The notes under the pieces: generated by a model
Databases searched by the model: none
The model's input: only the letters and a program-made list of their open reading frames with translations
What the model was told of the DNA's origin: nothing
Shown: in pieces, positions 1-9,297 of the stretch
How the letters are laid out: every line of letters starts with the position of its first letter
Numbering within the stretch: position 1 is the stretch's first letter
DNA from: a virus
DNA: 64,000 nt
IMG/VR virus record: IMGVR_UViG_3300025652_000055
Coordinates: 3,272-67,271 of that record
Direction: 5' to 3' (one strand)
Position numbers and translations under genes: made by a program

Positions 1-2
1 AT

Positions 3-305
3 TTTACACGTAATGATTTTATAGAGGGTGTATATACATACTCCTGGGACAAAGCAAGATGGGAACGCCTTCGTAATGAAGGTTGGATCGATGTTTGGCG
101 TCACCGAAACCGCACTTCAATTAAATACAGCGTTTACAAAACTTCTTTCAAATGTAAGCAGCTAATCTCAAGAATTTACAGAATATTGCTCGCCGAGGAG
201 GATTTACCTACCAGCGAGCGAAGCAAGTTTTATAACAACAAGTCATATACAGACAAGGTCTATAATAAGGCTATTGATGATATGATTAAAGACAAAGATA
301 GATAA
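3..305 (+). CDS. partial (5'-truncated) hypothetical phage protein
   Basis: Open frame from the window edge (FTRNDFIEGVYTYSWDKARWERLRNEGWIDVW...KDKDR) to TAA at 303-305; not in the ORF track. Confidence 0.75.
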   Translation, partial: FTRNDFIEGVYTYSWDKARWERLRNEGWIDVWRHRNRTSIKYSVYKTSFKCKQLISRIYRILLAEEDLPTSERSKFYNNKSYTDKVYNKAIDDMIKDKDR

Positions 306-323
306 CTAATTAAAAAAAAAGTA

Positions 324-947
324 ATGGCTTACAAAAAATCACCATTTAAAATGTCAGGTAAATCACCTTTCATGAAGGCGCTAGTAGGTAATCAAGGTAA
401 CTTACCAATACACTTACAAGAAAAAATTAAAGCTTCTCCAGCCAAACAAACTAAAAGTCAACTCGAAGAGTACAGATCAAAGAATGATTACTTAAACCCA
501 AAAGTTAAAAAAAGAAAAAACGTAAGTGACGAGCAGGTTATAAAAGAATTAGAGTCTCAAGAGTCTACAATGGGTAGAGCTAAGTTTAAGACAAAAGCAG
601 ACGTTAAAGCTGTAAAGTCAATGCAAGCTCTTGGTGGTGGTTCTAAGTATGATGATTTAATAGAACAAAAAGCTATAGAGAGATTTAAAAACTCTCCAGT
701 AAAGCAGAAAGACATAAAAATAAAAGACCTACCTGATGAAGCTGTTAAAACAGGTAAAAAGATAATTAAAGGAGTTAAAAAGCTAGGTAAGAAAATAGGT
801 AACATAAAGCTATCTACAAAAGAAGGTCAAAAGCGTAGACAAGAAAGAAGGGATTTAAGAGCTAAGCAAAAAGCTGAAAAAGATAGTCCAGCTAAGAAAT
901 ACGGTAAATCACCTGCAAAGAAAAAAGGTTGCAGTAAAAAATATTAA
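324..947 (+). CDS. Lys-rich SPxK-motif protein, putative internal head protein
   Basis: 207 aa, very basic, six SP[F/A/V][K/M] motifs. Confidence 0.6.
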   Translation: MAYKKSPFKMSGKSPFMKALVGNQGNLPIHLQEKIKASPAKQTKSQLEEYRSKNDYLNPKVKKRKNVSDEQVIKELESQESTMGRAKFKTKADVKAVKSMQALGGGSKYDDLIEQKAIERFKNSPVKQKDIKIKDLPDEAVKTGKKIIKGVKKLGKKIGNIKLSTKEGQKRRQERRDLRAKQKAEKDSPAKKYGKSPAKKKGCSKKY

Positions 948-948
948 G

Positions 949-1143
949 ATGGAAAACAAAACAAAAGCAATGCCTATAACGGCAAGAGTAAAAGCAGGTA
1001 GCTTCAAAGGTGAAACAAGTAAAAGCCCTGTTAAACCAGAGGATGGTGCTATAACTACAGCTGCTGGAAACAGAGCTATAACGACTAAGCCTGGAGATTA
1101 CTTATTTGACAATGCGCCTAAGTCGCCTTGTGAAACTTGTTAA
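949..1143 (+). CDS. small hypothetical protein with SPVK motif
   Basis: 64 aa ORF tightly packed between neighbours. Confidence 0.6.
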   Translation: MENKTKAMPITARVKAGSFKGETSKSPVKPEDGAITTAAGNRAITTKPGDYLFDNAPKSPCETC

Positions 1144-1148
1144 TATAA

Positions 1149-1520
1149 ATGGCATACTTACAAAGTAGAAGTCCTTTCAAGCAAAAGAAAGATTACCCTG
1201 TTATGGAGAAGAAACTTGATCCTGGTGTTATAGCTGAAGCTAATAATGACGGGACAATATTCGTTAGCAAGGACGTTTCTCCAGCTGTACAAAAACATGC
1301 TGTTAAAGAAGAAATAGAGCATCAAAAAGACATGGAATCGGGTAAGCTTGACTATACTGACGATAACGTTAAGTGGGACGGTAAAAACTATCCTAGAAAA
1401 AACGGTAAAGTACTTTACAGTGGGAAATGGCTTGACGAAGGTGATAATAGATTTCCTTGGGAAAAAGGAGCAAAACAAAGAGCTTATGGCTCTGTAGCAA
1501 AATCAAAATATGGCATTTAA
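1149..1520 (+). CDS. zincin-like small protein with degenerate HExxH (EEIEH)
   Basis: N-terminal SPFKQ; strand EANNDGTIFV, helix AVKEEIEHQ and downstream PWEK resemble phage metallopeptidase-like proteins. Confidence 0.5.
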   Translation: MAYLQSRSPFKQKKDYPVMEKKLDPGVIAEANNDGTIFVSKDVSPAVQKHAVKEEIEHQKDMESGKLDYTDDNVKWDGKNYPRKNGKVLYSGKWLDEGDNRFPWEKGAKQRAYGSVAKSKYGI

Positions 1521-1869
1521 ACTAAAACTAAAAAACGTAAGCGCTAGCGGTAAAAAAGCTAGTCCTTTTAAAATAAGCGAAGCATTAATCGCTGGTGCTG
1601 GTGTAGCGGCTGACAGGTTCGTAAACGTAGAAGACTCCTATAAAGTTGGAACTGGCGAAGGCGCTAAAACTGGAAGAGGTGGTACAGATCTTCTTACAAA
1701 AAACAAAGGTGGTGGTGGAGTTGAAACTTGTGAAGATAAGTTCGACCCTATAGATAATAATACAGAGTATGAAGCTTGCTTGGCAGAAAAAGAAGAAAAT
1801 ACAGAAGATACTACACCAGCTGTTGATGTCAAAACCGAAGGCACAGAGGATATAGTAGAAGCTGGATAA
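1510..1869 (+). CDS. SPxK-motif hypothetical protein
   Basis: Starts MAFKLK, contains SPFK, acidic C-terminus. Confidence 0.6.
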   Translation: MAFKLKLKNVSASGKKASPFKISEALIAGAGVAADRFVNVEDSYKVGTGEGAKTGRGGTDLLTKNKGGGGVETCEDKFDPIDNNTEYEACLAEKEENTEDTTPAVDVKTEGTEDIVEAG

Positions 1870-1883
1870 TAAAAAAAATAGAT

Positions 1884-3080
1884 ATGGGATTTAAAATGAG
1901 AAGATCTGGCATGAGCCTAGGATCAACAACAAGAATACAACCGCAGTTAACAAACTTGCAGTCTAGTCAAAGTTCTCCAATACATCAACAGGTCGACGCG
2001 GAGTTTGTCGCAAGTCAAGTTGATCAAGGAAGAAATGATGATGGTAGTGTTAATTTAAATGCTTCTAGACCTGGTGAAGGTGGCCGAAAGTCAGATGGGG
2101 CCTTTGGTAGAGCTTGTGGTTCTAGAAATGACGGGTCTGTTGGTACTGATCCTGAAACTGGTAAAAGATTCAAATGCTCTCGTGATCCCAACTACGTAAG
2201 ACCGACAGAAACGCCGGGGTACGAAGATGAAGAAAACTACTCTCTATCAATGGACACACCTGAAACTTCTGGTAATATGTTAACTCCTAGAGAAATGAGG
2301 AGAAACTATAGAGCTACTGATATATTTAGAAGAAGACAGGAAGATTTAATAAGAAGAGCTAATAAAGATTACAGACAAGCTATTAGAAGAGGACAAAAAC
2401 CACCACCAGGCGTAATGAAAATACTATCAGGTGAATACTTAGGTAATATGGATGGGGTTAATCAAGGTCAAGCAAGCACAGGTACAACAAACCTTTTTAC
2501 TGGTCAAAAAACATTTAAGTTTAATCCAAAAACAGGTGGTGGTAAAAAAGACTTAAACGATGCTTTAGCCACTGAGACTGCTCGTTTGATAGCAGCAAAA
2601 GAAGAAGCTGGAGAAAAATTTGAGTTAAGCGATATAAAAAAGCAAGCTACGCAGACTGTTAGTGACAATTATATAGCTGAAGGAAAAGTAAATGTTTATA
2701 ACCAAGGTCAATATCTAAGCGAAAGAAGTAGAAGATTATCGGACAATAGAGGCCTTACGCCAGAAGATTTTGGTGATTATGGTTTAAAAGGTAGAAGTCA
2801 ACGAAGAGTAGATAATGATTCTCTTAAAGTTAAAGGATATAAAGAGGATTTAATGAAAGGTGTTATTGAGAATCAAAACGCTAAAGATGGTGAACCTAAA
2901 TACCAGTACGATCCTAACAACAAAGAAGGTATGTCTGAAAAAGATTACTTAAGGCTAAAAAGAAAAATAACTAAAAAAAGAGGTGACAATAGCGCTTTTA
3001 AACAAAAAGACTCACCGATAAATATGACCGTGAATATAACTAAGCCATCTTACAAAATGGGTGGATTTGGATCTAAATAA
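1884..3080 (+). CDS. hypothetical protein, putative internal virion protein
   Basis: 398 aa; starts MGFKM; SPIHQ, SAFKQ and SPINM motifs. Confidence 0.6.
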   Translation: MGFKMRRSGMSLGSTTRIQPQLTNLQSSQSSPIHQQVDAEFVASQVDQGRNDDGSVNLNASRPGEGGRKSDGAFGRACGSRNDGSVGTDPETGKRFKCSRDPNYVRPTETPGYEDEENYSLSMDTPETSGNMLTPREMRRNYRATDIFRRRQEDLIRRANKDYRQAIRRGQKPPPGVMKILSGEYLGNMDGVNQGQASTGTTNLFTGQKTFKFNPKTGGGKKDLNDALATETARLIAAKEEAGEKFELSDIKKQATQTVSDNYIAEGKVNVYNQGQYLSERSRRLSDNRGLTPEDFGDYGLKGRSQRRVDNDSLKVKGYKEDLMKGVIENQNAKDGEPKYQYDPNNKEGMSEKDYLRLKRKITKKRGDNSAFKQKDSPINMTVNITKPSYKMGGFGSK

Positions 3081-3082
3081 CT

Positions 3083-3565
3083 ATGGCATTTAAATTACCA
3101 AATAAAAATATAAAATCAGCGATATCTACAACTGGCTATAAGTCTAATAGTCCGGATGTAGATAACGACGTTAATGTAATACCTAGTAGTAAAATTACTA
3201 TGAAAGGTGTTGACTTTCCTGTTAAAGGTGTAGGTAGCAATGGTGTTACAAAAAACATGAAACCAGGAGAAGATTATGATTTTGGTGATGCTGACTATGT
3301 TGTTGAAACTCCTATAAAGCAGTCTAACAAAAGAACTAAAGGTAAAGGTAGACATTTTAGAAAATCAGAAGAAGGTGCTGGTATGACATCAGCCGGTGTT
3401 GCTTCATATAGAAAACAAAACCCAGGTAGCAAGCTAAAGACAGCTGTAACTGGTAAAGTAAAAGCTGGTAGCAAGGCTGCTGGACGTAGAAAATCTTTTT
3501 GTGCTAGATCGAAAGGCTGGACAGGTGAAAGAGGTAAAGCTGCTAGACGCAGGTGGAAATGTTAA
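3083..3565 (+). CDS. two-part protein with C-terminal DUF6321-like basic domain
   Basis: NPGSKLKTAVTG...RRKSFCARS...RRWKC follows a TPIKQ junction. Confidence 0.6.
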   Translation: MAFKLPNKNIKSAISTTGYKSNSPDVDNDVNVIPSSKITMKGVDFPVKGVGSNGVTKNMKPGEDYDFGDADYVVETPIKQSNKRTKGKGRHFRKSEEGAGMTSAGVASYRKQNPGSKLKTAVTGKVKAGSKAAGRRKSFCARSKGWTGERGKAARRRWKC

Positions 3566-3575
3566 AACATATATT

Positions 3576-3893
3576 ATGACTTGGATAAAAAAACACTTAA
3601 AAGTATCTGTACCGTCTCCGCTAAAGCAGGAGAAGAAAAACGAAATCAACTTCAGGGCTAGCCAGAACACTCAAAAAAGTGAAACTGACGCGGGTGTATC
3701 TAAATCAACCCTTAGTGGTGGAATAGACTATAAGAGAGGTAATTTAAATTTAAATGCTTCTGGTGATACAAATAAAAACTATAACATTGGACTAAACATG
3801 TCTAATAAGAAAGGAAATGTTTCTGGAGGTGTTAACTATAATAAGGGACAATTCAGTAATAACATAGGTGGTAATCTTAAAATAAAGTTTTAA
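3576..3893 (+). CDS. small beta-strand-rich protein with C-terminal Phe
   Basis: ATG at 3576 preferred over the 3501 start; SPLKQ motif, then alternating strands ending GGNLKIKF. Confidence 0.55.
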   Translation: MTWIKKHLKVSVPSPLKQEKKNEINFRASQNTQKSETDAGVSKSTLSGGIDYKRGNLNLNASGDTNKNYNIGLNMSNKKGNVSGGVNYNKGQFSNNIGGNLKIKF

Positions 3894-3894
3894 T

Positions 3895-4344
3895 ATGCCT
3901 AAAAAGAAATTTAGTGAAACAAAAGTCGGAAAGTTTTTATCAAAAGCTGCTCCAGGTATATTAGGAACCGTGGGTGATATATTACCTGATAACGGTTTAT
4001 TTGGTGTTGTAAAAAATCTTATATCAAAAGATGAAGCAATGCCAGTTGAAGACAAAGAAAAAGCTTTAAAGCTATTAGAACAAGATATGGTTGAGATGCA
4101 AGAAATAAGTAAACGTTGGGCCAGCGATATGAAAAGCGATTCATGGCTCTCAAAAAATACACGTCCACTTACTTTAATATTTTTAACTGTCTCAATGGTT
4201 CTATTGATATTCTCAGATAGCATAGGTGAATCATTTGAAGTTGATTCTGGTTGGGTTGATTTATTAAAGTCTTTATTAATAACTGTATATGTAGCTTATT
4301 TTGGTTCGCGAGGAGCTGAGAAGTTTAAGAAAATATCTAAATAA
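3895..4344 (+). CDS. holin (3TM/GTA-holin-like)
   Basis: RWASDM..DSWLSKNTRPL, two TM segments, AYFGSRGAEK. Confidence 0.7.
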   Translation: MPKKKFSETKVGKFLSKAAPGILGTVGDILPDNGLFGVVKNLISKDEAMPVEDKEKALKLLEQDMVEMQEISKRWASDMKSDSWLSKNTRPLTLIFLTVSMVLLIFSDSIGESFEVDSGWVDLLKSLLITVYVAYFGSRGAEKFKKISK

Positions 4345-5027
4345 TGGCTAGAATAAACCAATATCCCTTAGATGGAAGTATAGATAAAACAGACTTACTT
4401 ATAGGTTCTGATAACGGTGGTACTACTAAGAACTATCAAGTATCAGATATTGGTAAAGCTATAAGTAAATTTAACATGGCTGGTCAACCTCAGATATGTT
4501 ATAGATATAATAAAGGTAATAACTTAACTGGTAATTTAAGCATAGTAGGCGAAACCAACGCTACTAAAACTTTTACATCAATAACTAGTGTAATAGTAAG
4601 TAAGTTTGCTTTTGGAGAAACAAACACTGCTGAAAATATATTACTAAACATGGTTGGTCAAGAAGTTACTATAACAGATATAGATAATCCAAACAATTTT
4701 GGAGCTTATACTTTAGACTCAGCAACAGTTTTGTCTAGTGATAATAATTTTTACACATTAGCTCTATTTAACACTGGAGGTGCAGGTAATATTGTTTATG
4801 ATCAGTTTTATGTAATGACTAGTAAGAAAGGTGATTTATCTTTTGTATATACTCAAACTAACCCTTCTAATACTTGGTCAATAACACATAACTTAGGCAA
4901 AAAACCTAGCGTGACAATAGTTACAACTACTGATACTACTGTAATAGGTGACGTAACATATAACAACAACAATCAATTAACCATAAACTTATCCAGTGCT
5001 AATTCTGGTAAAGCGTACTTAAACTAA
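4344..5027 (+). CDS. virion structural/tail-associated protein
   Basis: C-terminal WSITHNLGKKPSV...SGKAYLN module typical of phage fibre/baseplate proteins. Confidence 0.55.
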   Translation: MARINQYPLDGSIDKTDLLIGSDNGGTTKNYQVSDIGKAISKFNMAGQPQICYRYNKGNNLTGNLSIVGETNATKTFTSITSVIVSKFAFGETNTAENILLNMVGQEVTITDIDNPNNFGAYTLDSATVLSSDNNFYTLALFNTGGAGNIVYDQFYVMTSKKGDLSFVYTQTNPSNTWSITHNLGKKPSVTIVTTTDTTVIGDVTYNNNNQLTINLSSANSGKAYLN

Positions 5028-5050
5028 CAATAACTAACAAAACTTAAAAA

Positions 5051-7483
5051 ATGGCATTAAAATATTTAGTTGATTTAAATATCAACGATAACGTTCTTCA
5101 AAACGCAAGAGTATTATCAAGCGGTTCTGCACCAACCGGTTTAATTGGTGCTATTTACGTGGACACTAATGATAGCAATAAGCTAAAATACCATAATGGT
5201 AGTACGTTTATAGCGTTAGGATCTGCAACTGGAGATTTAACAGGTATAGACGCCGGGGCTGGTTTAACAGGTACAAGTTTAAGTGGTCCAGTACCAGTAT
5301 TAAACGTAGGATCTGGAACAGGTATAACTGTTAACACTAACGACGTTGCTGTTACCGCTGCTCAAACAGGCATAACAAGCATATACAATACTAGCTTATT
5401 TGTCGGTGGAGCTTCTGGTGTAAACTCTATTGCTTTTGAAGCAGGTAAAATAGCATTTGTATCAGCTAGTACTAATGTAGCGGCTATGTCTAGTGATTAT
5501 TTTAGACCTACTACTGATAACGCTATAAAACTTGGTGAAAGTACTAGAAGATGGTCAGAAATGAGAGCTGTTAATATTTACGGAGCTTTAACGGGTGATG
5601 TAACTGGTAATGCAGATACAGCCACAACTCTTGAAACAGCTAGAACAATCGGTGGTGTTAGTTTCAATGGTTCAGCAAATATAAACTTACCTGGTGTTAA
5701 TGCAGCGGGTAATCAAAGTACAAGTGGTAACGCAGCGTCAGCTACTATTCTTCAAACAGCTAGAGCTATTAACGGTGTGAATTTTAACGGTAGCACAGCT
5801 ATAACAATTACAGCTGCTGGTTCTACTTTATCAGATACTGTGCCTATTTCAAAAGGTGGTACCGGTGCGACTAGTGTTGGAGCTGCTTTAGCTAATCTTA
5901 GCGCTACTGATATCGGTAAATCGGTGTTTGCTCTTGCAAATCCAAGTGCTGTAACATTCCCAAGATTTAACGCTAACAATACTACAACAGCTTTAAGTGC
6001 TAGTGCTTTTAGAGCTGCTATTGGAGCGGGTACTGGTGCTGGTGATATAACTGCTGTAAACACAAACGCAGGTTCAGGTTTATCAGGAGGCGCATCAAGT
6101 GGTGCTGCTAATTTAGTTATTAAAAACGTAGACAACTTCACTGACAACACGATAATGGTGTGGAATGATGGAGATGGTAGTTTTGAAGATTCTCTTATCA
6201 CAGACAATGGATCTACTGTTGTAATAAATGGTAACCTAGATGTTCAAGGAACTACTACTACTATAGATTCAACTACAGTAGCTATTGGTGATAACATGAT
6301 GAAGTATGCTAAAGACAATACCGCAAACGCTTCTGATATTGGTTGGTATGGTAAAATAGTAGCAAGTGGTAGTAAATACCCTGGTATGTTTTATGATGCT
6401 AGCTCTGGTGTTTCAACGCCTGTATTCAAAGTTGGTATATCAACAACAGAACCAGGTGGTACAGCTGCAATAGCAACAAAAGGTACTGTAGACGCTAACT
6501 TAACTGGTAATGTGACTGGTAATGTAACTGGTAATGTAACAGGTTCTTCAGGATCTTGTACGGGTAACGCTGCTACAGCTACTGCTTTACAAAATGCGAG
6601 AACAATTGGTGGCGTATCTTTTAATGGAACAGCTAATATAAGTTTACCAGGTGTAAACCAAGGTGGTAACCAAGACACGTCTGGAAACGCAGCTTCTGCA
6701 ACAGTATTAGAAACTGCAAGAACAATTGGTGGTGTTAGTTTTAACGGTAGTGCCAATATCAATCTACCTGGTGTAAATGCAGCTGGTAACCAAAACACTA
6801 CTGGTAATGCTGCTTCAGCTACAGTGTTAGCAACTGGTAGAACTTTTAGAACAAACTTAGCTAGCACTACAGCTGTTAGTTTTAATGGTAGCGCAAACGT
6901 CACGCCAGGTGTAACAGGTACTTTACCAGTAGCTAACGGTGGTACTGGTCTTACTAGCTTATCTACTTTCGTTAGAACTACAGGTAATCAAACTATAGCA
7001 GGAACTAAAACTTTTAGCTCTACTATAGCTGGTAGCATTAATGGTAACGCGGCAACAGCAACGGCTTTAGCGACTGGTAGAACAATAGGTATGACTGGTG
7101 ATGTTGTTTGGACTTCAGGTTCATTCAATGGATCTGGAAACGTATCAGGAACTTCTACAATACAAACTAAAGCTGTTGAAAACTCTATGTTAGCTAATAA
7201 CATACAAGGTAGACAAACTCTGCTTAACTCTGGTGTTAGTGGTATTGGTAGAGCTTATAATACTGGCGGTAATGGTCTTACTATATTTACTATAACTTTA
7301 TCTACTTTTTATGGAACTGGAGATCCAGACGGTAGACTTATAATTGCTGAATTATATGAAGCTTCAACTTATGCTACTGTTTATGCAGATGTTGCTAGAT
7401 CAGAAACAGTAGTTACTGTTACAATGAAAGGTAGTGTAGCTGATTCAGCTTACGGAATATGGCTTAAACCAGTGGCAGCTTAA
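5051..7483 (+). CDS. tail fibre protein
   Basis: Gly/Ala/Thr-rich; repeated GNAxxAxxLxTARTIGGVSFNGSANI units. Confidence 0.75.
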   Translation: MALKYLVDLNINDNVLQNARVLSSGSAPTGLIGAIYVDTNDSNKLKYHNGSTFIALGSATGDLTGIDAGAGLTGTSLSGPVPVLNVGSGTGITVNTNDVAVTAAQTGITSIYNTSLFVGGASGVNSIAFEAGKIAFVSASTNVAAMSSDYFRPTTDNAIKLGESTRRWSEMRAVNIYGALTGDVTGNADTATTLETARTIGGVSFNGSANINLPGVNAAGNQSTSGNAASATILQTARAINGVNFNGSTAITITAAGSTLSDTVPISKGGTGATSVGAALANLSATDIGKSVFALANPSAVTFPRFNANNTTTALSASAFRAAIGAGTGAGDITAVNTNAGSGLSGGASSGAANLVIKNVDNFTDNTIMVWNDGDGSFEDSLITDNGSTVVINGNLDVQGTTTTIDSTTVAIGDNMMKYAKDNTANASDIGWYGKIVASGSKYPGMFYDASSGVSTPVFKVGISTTEPGGTAAIATKGTVDANLTGNVTGNVTGNVTGSSGSCTGNAATATALQNARTIGGVSFNGTANISLPGVNQGGNQDTSGNAASATVLETARTIGGVSFNGSANINLPGVNAAGNQNTTGNAASATVLATGRTFRTNLASTTAVSFNGSANVTPGVTGTLPVANGGTGLTSLSTFVRTTGNQTIAGTKTFSSTIAGSINGNAATATALATGRTIGMTGDVVWTSGSFNGSGNVSGTSTIQTKAVENSMLANNIQGRQTLLNSGVSGIGRAYNTGGNGLTIFTITLSTFYGTGDPDGRLIIAELYEASTYATVYADVARSETVVTVTMKGSVADSAYGIWLKPVAA
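5600..7150 (+). repeat. intragenic tail-fibre repeats (TARTIGGVSFNG units and ACTGGTAATGT[G/A] x3)
   Basis: Similar ~120-bp units near 5630, 6590 and 6710; 12-bp tandem at about 6503-6538. Confidence 0.7.
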
Positions 7484-7497
7484 TAACAATAATATTT

Positions 7498-7522
7498 AAC
7501 CGGCTCTTCGGGGTCGGTTTTT
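7498..7522 (+). terminator. intrinsic terminator
   Basis: AACCGGCTC-TTCG-GGGTCGGTT followed by T run. Confidence 0.8.
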
Positions 7523-7539
7523 AATTTAATATATAATAG

Positions 7540-9297
7540 ATGGCAAAAATATTAACCGATCAGTTGCATTTAGACTCTGTAAAATCCACCTACGGAGATT
7601 CAGAAGATCTTCAAGTGTACCACAATAGTGCTGATTCTTACATAGAAAGTTACACAGGTAACCTAACTTTTAGACAAAGACAAGACGATGGGGATATATC
7701 ATTTGAATCTGATGATGGAAGTGGAGGCACAACTCAATATTTTAGAGTTGATGGTGGTTCAACTATGAACGTTTTTTCTAAACCTACTTGGTATGGTGAT
7801 GGTGTAAAAGCTTTATTTGGAAATTCATCAGATCTACAAATACACCACGATGGTACTCATAGTTTTATAAGTGACCAAGGTAGTGGTAATTTAACTGTGT
7901 TAGCTAGCGCATTTGTAGTAAATAATGCTTCAGATACTGAAAACATGATTATTGCCAGTGCAGACGGTTCAGTAAATCTTTATTATAATGGTTCACAAAA
8001 GTTCAGAACTGTAAGTGCTGGAGTTGAAGTAACAGGTAATGCAACTCTTACAGGCAATGTAATAGCTCCTAATGTTTTTACTCAGAATCTTTATATAACA
8101 TCTTCAGGTACAAGTTCCACTAATAGAATAGACAATGATGGAACCCAGCTTTATTTAACATACGGTGGCGCAAGCAGTCGTGCTTTAGAAATTTTAAATA
8201 GCAATGGTAACGCAACTTTTGCAGGTGATTTAACAATACCAACTTACATAAACCACACCGGTGATAGTAACACTTATTTTGGTTTCAGCGCTGCTGATAC
8301 ATTTGGTGTTTTCTGTGGTGGTAACATGAAATTTAAGCAAACCGCCAGCGCAACCAACCTTTACACTAGTGAAATAATTACTTCAGGAAGCCCGCAATAT
8401 TTTACCTTTGGAGGATCAGGTGGTCATCAATTGGTTTTTAGAGGAAACGGTCCTAGTGGATATAGAAATAGTATAATAGCTACAGATGGTGGTGGTGTGC
8501 AGTTATATTATAACAACAGTGAAAAACTAGTCACACAATCTGGTGGCGTTAGCTTAGGTAATAATAGTCTTTATTTAGGTCAATACTCTGCTATAAATCT
8601 AAATGGAGTAGGACCTGGAGCAGGTAAAGTTATAACTGGTACTGGTACTAGCACTCAGTTAACTTGGAACGATAGTGTTTCAAATATAACCGTTGGCACA
8701 GGTTTAGACATTTCTTCAAGCACTAGCAATGGCGCTATAACTAAAAATTTAACATTAGATTTTAATGAACTACCAGTAATAGACGGCGATGACCCTCAAG
8801 CTGATTGGTTTATAGTAGAGTCTAGTGAGGATGAAAATAGTAAAATAAACCGCAGTGATTTACAATCTGTGGATGCGCATTGGAAAACTACTCAGACTAT
8901 ATTGACTTCTAATTTTGACGATAGAAGTAGTTCAACTAGTATCTATTACATGCCATTGAATTATATATCTGAAGTAACGTCTGCTAATTACTATAACACG
9001 TTTGCTTGTCCAAGAGGTGGTACTGTTAAGAGAATAATGATGATGCACACTGCTGGTTCAACAATGAGTACGTCTTTTACTACAGAATTATCAATTCTTA
9101 AAAACGGTTTATCGACTTCATTTTCTGGAGAATTAACACCTAGTAATGGAAGTAATGACGGCAGTAATATAACATGGTCACCCAACACCACTTTTACCGC
9201 TGGTGATAGATTAAACTTTAGATATCAGAAAAGCGCAACTAGTAAATATTGGTACGGGGTTAGTGTAAGTATAGTAGTAGAATTTGATAACATATAA
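7540..9297 (+). CDS. tail fibre/spike-like protein
   Basis: Repeated GxxxDLQIxHxGxxSxI and VxLYYNxxxKxxT motifs. Confidence 0.7.
   Translation: MAKILTDQLHLDSVKSTYGDSEDLQVYHNSADSYIESYTGNLTFRQRQDDGDISFESDDGSGGTTQYFRVDGGSTMNVFSKPTWYGDGVKALFGNSSDLQIHHDGTHSFISDQGSGNLTVLASAFVVNNASDTENMIIASADGSVNLYYNGSQKFRTVSAGVEVTGNATLTGNVIAPNVFTQNLYITSSGTSSTNRIDNDGTQLYLTYGGASSRALEILNSNGNATFAGDLTIPTYINHTGDSNTYFGFSAADTFGVFCGGNMKFKQTASATNLYTSEIITSGSPQYFTFGGSGGHQLVFRGNGPSGYRNSIIATDGGGVQLYYNNSEKLVTQSGGVSLGNNSLYLGQYSAINLNGVGPGAGKVITGTGTSTQLTWNDSVSNITVGTGLDISSSTSNGAITKNLTLDFNELPVIDGDDPQADWFIVESSEDENSKINRSDLQSVDAHWKTTQTILTSNFDDRSSSTSIYYMPLNYISEVTSANYYNTFACPRGGTVKRIMMMHTAGSTMSTSFTTELSILKNGLSTSFSGELTPSNGSNDGSNITWSPNTTFTAGDRLNFRYQKSATSKYWYGVSVSIVVEFDNI

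Noticed and set aside
5600-7150. Tail-fibre repeats as a DGR template/variable pair
   Set aside because: All copies are in-frame protein repeats with mostly synonymous differences, and there is no reverse transcriptase in the window
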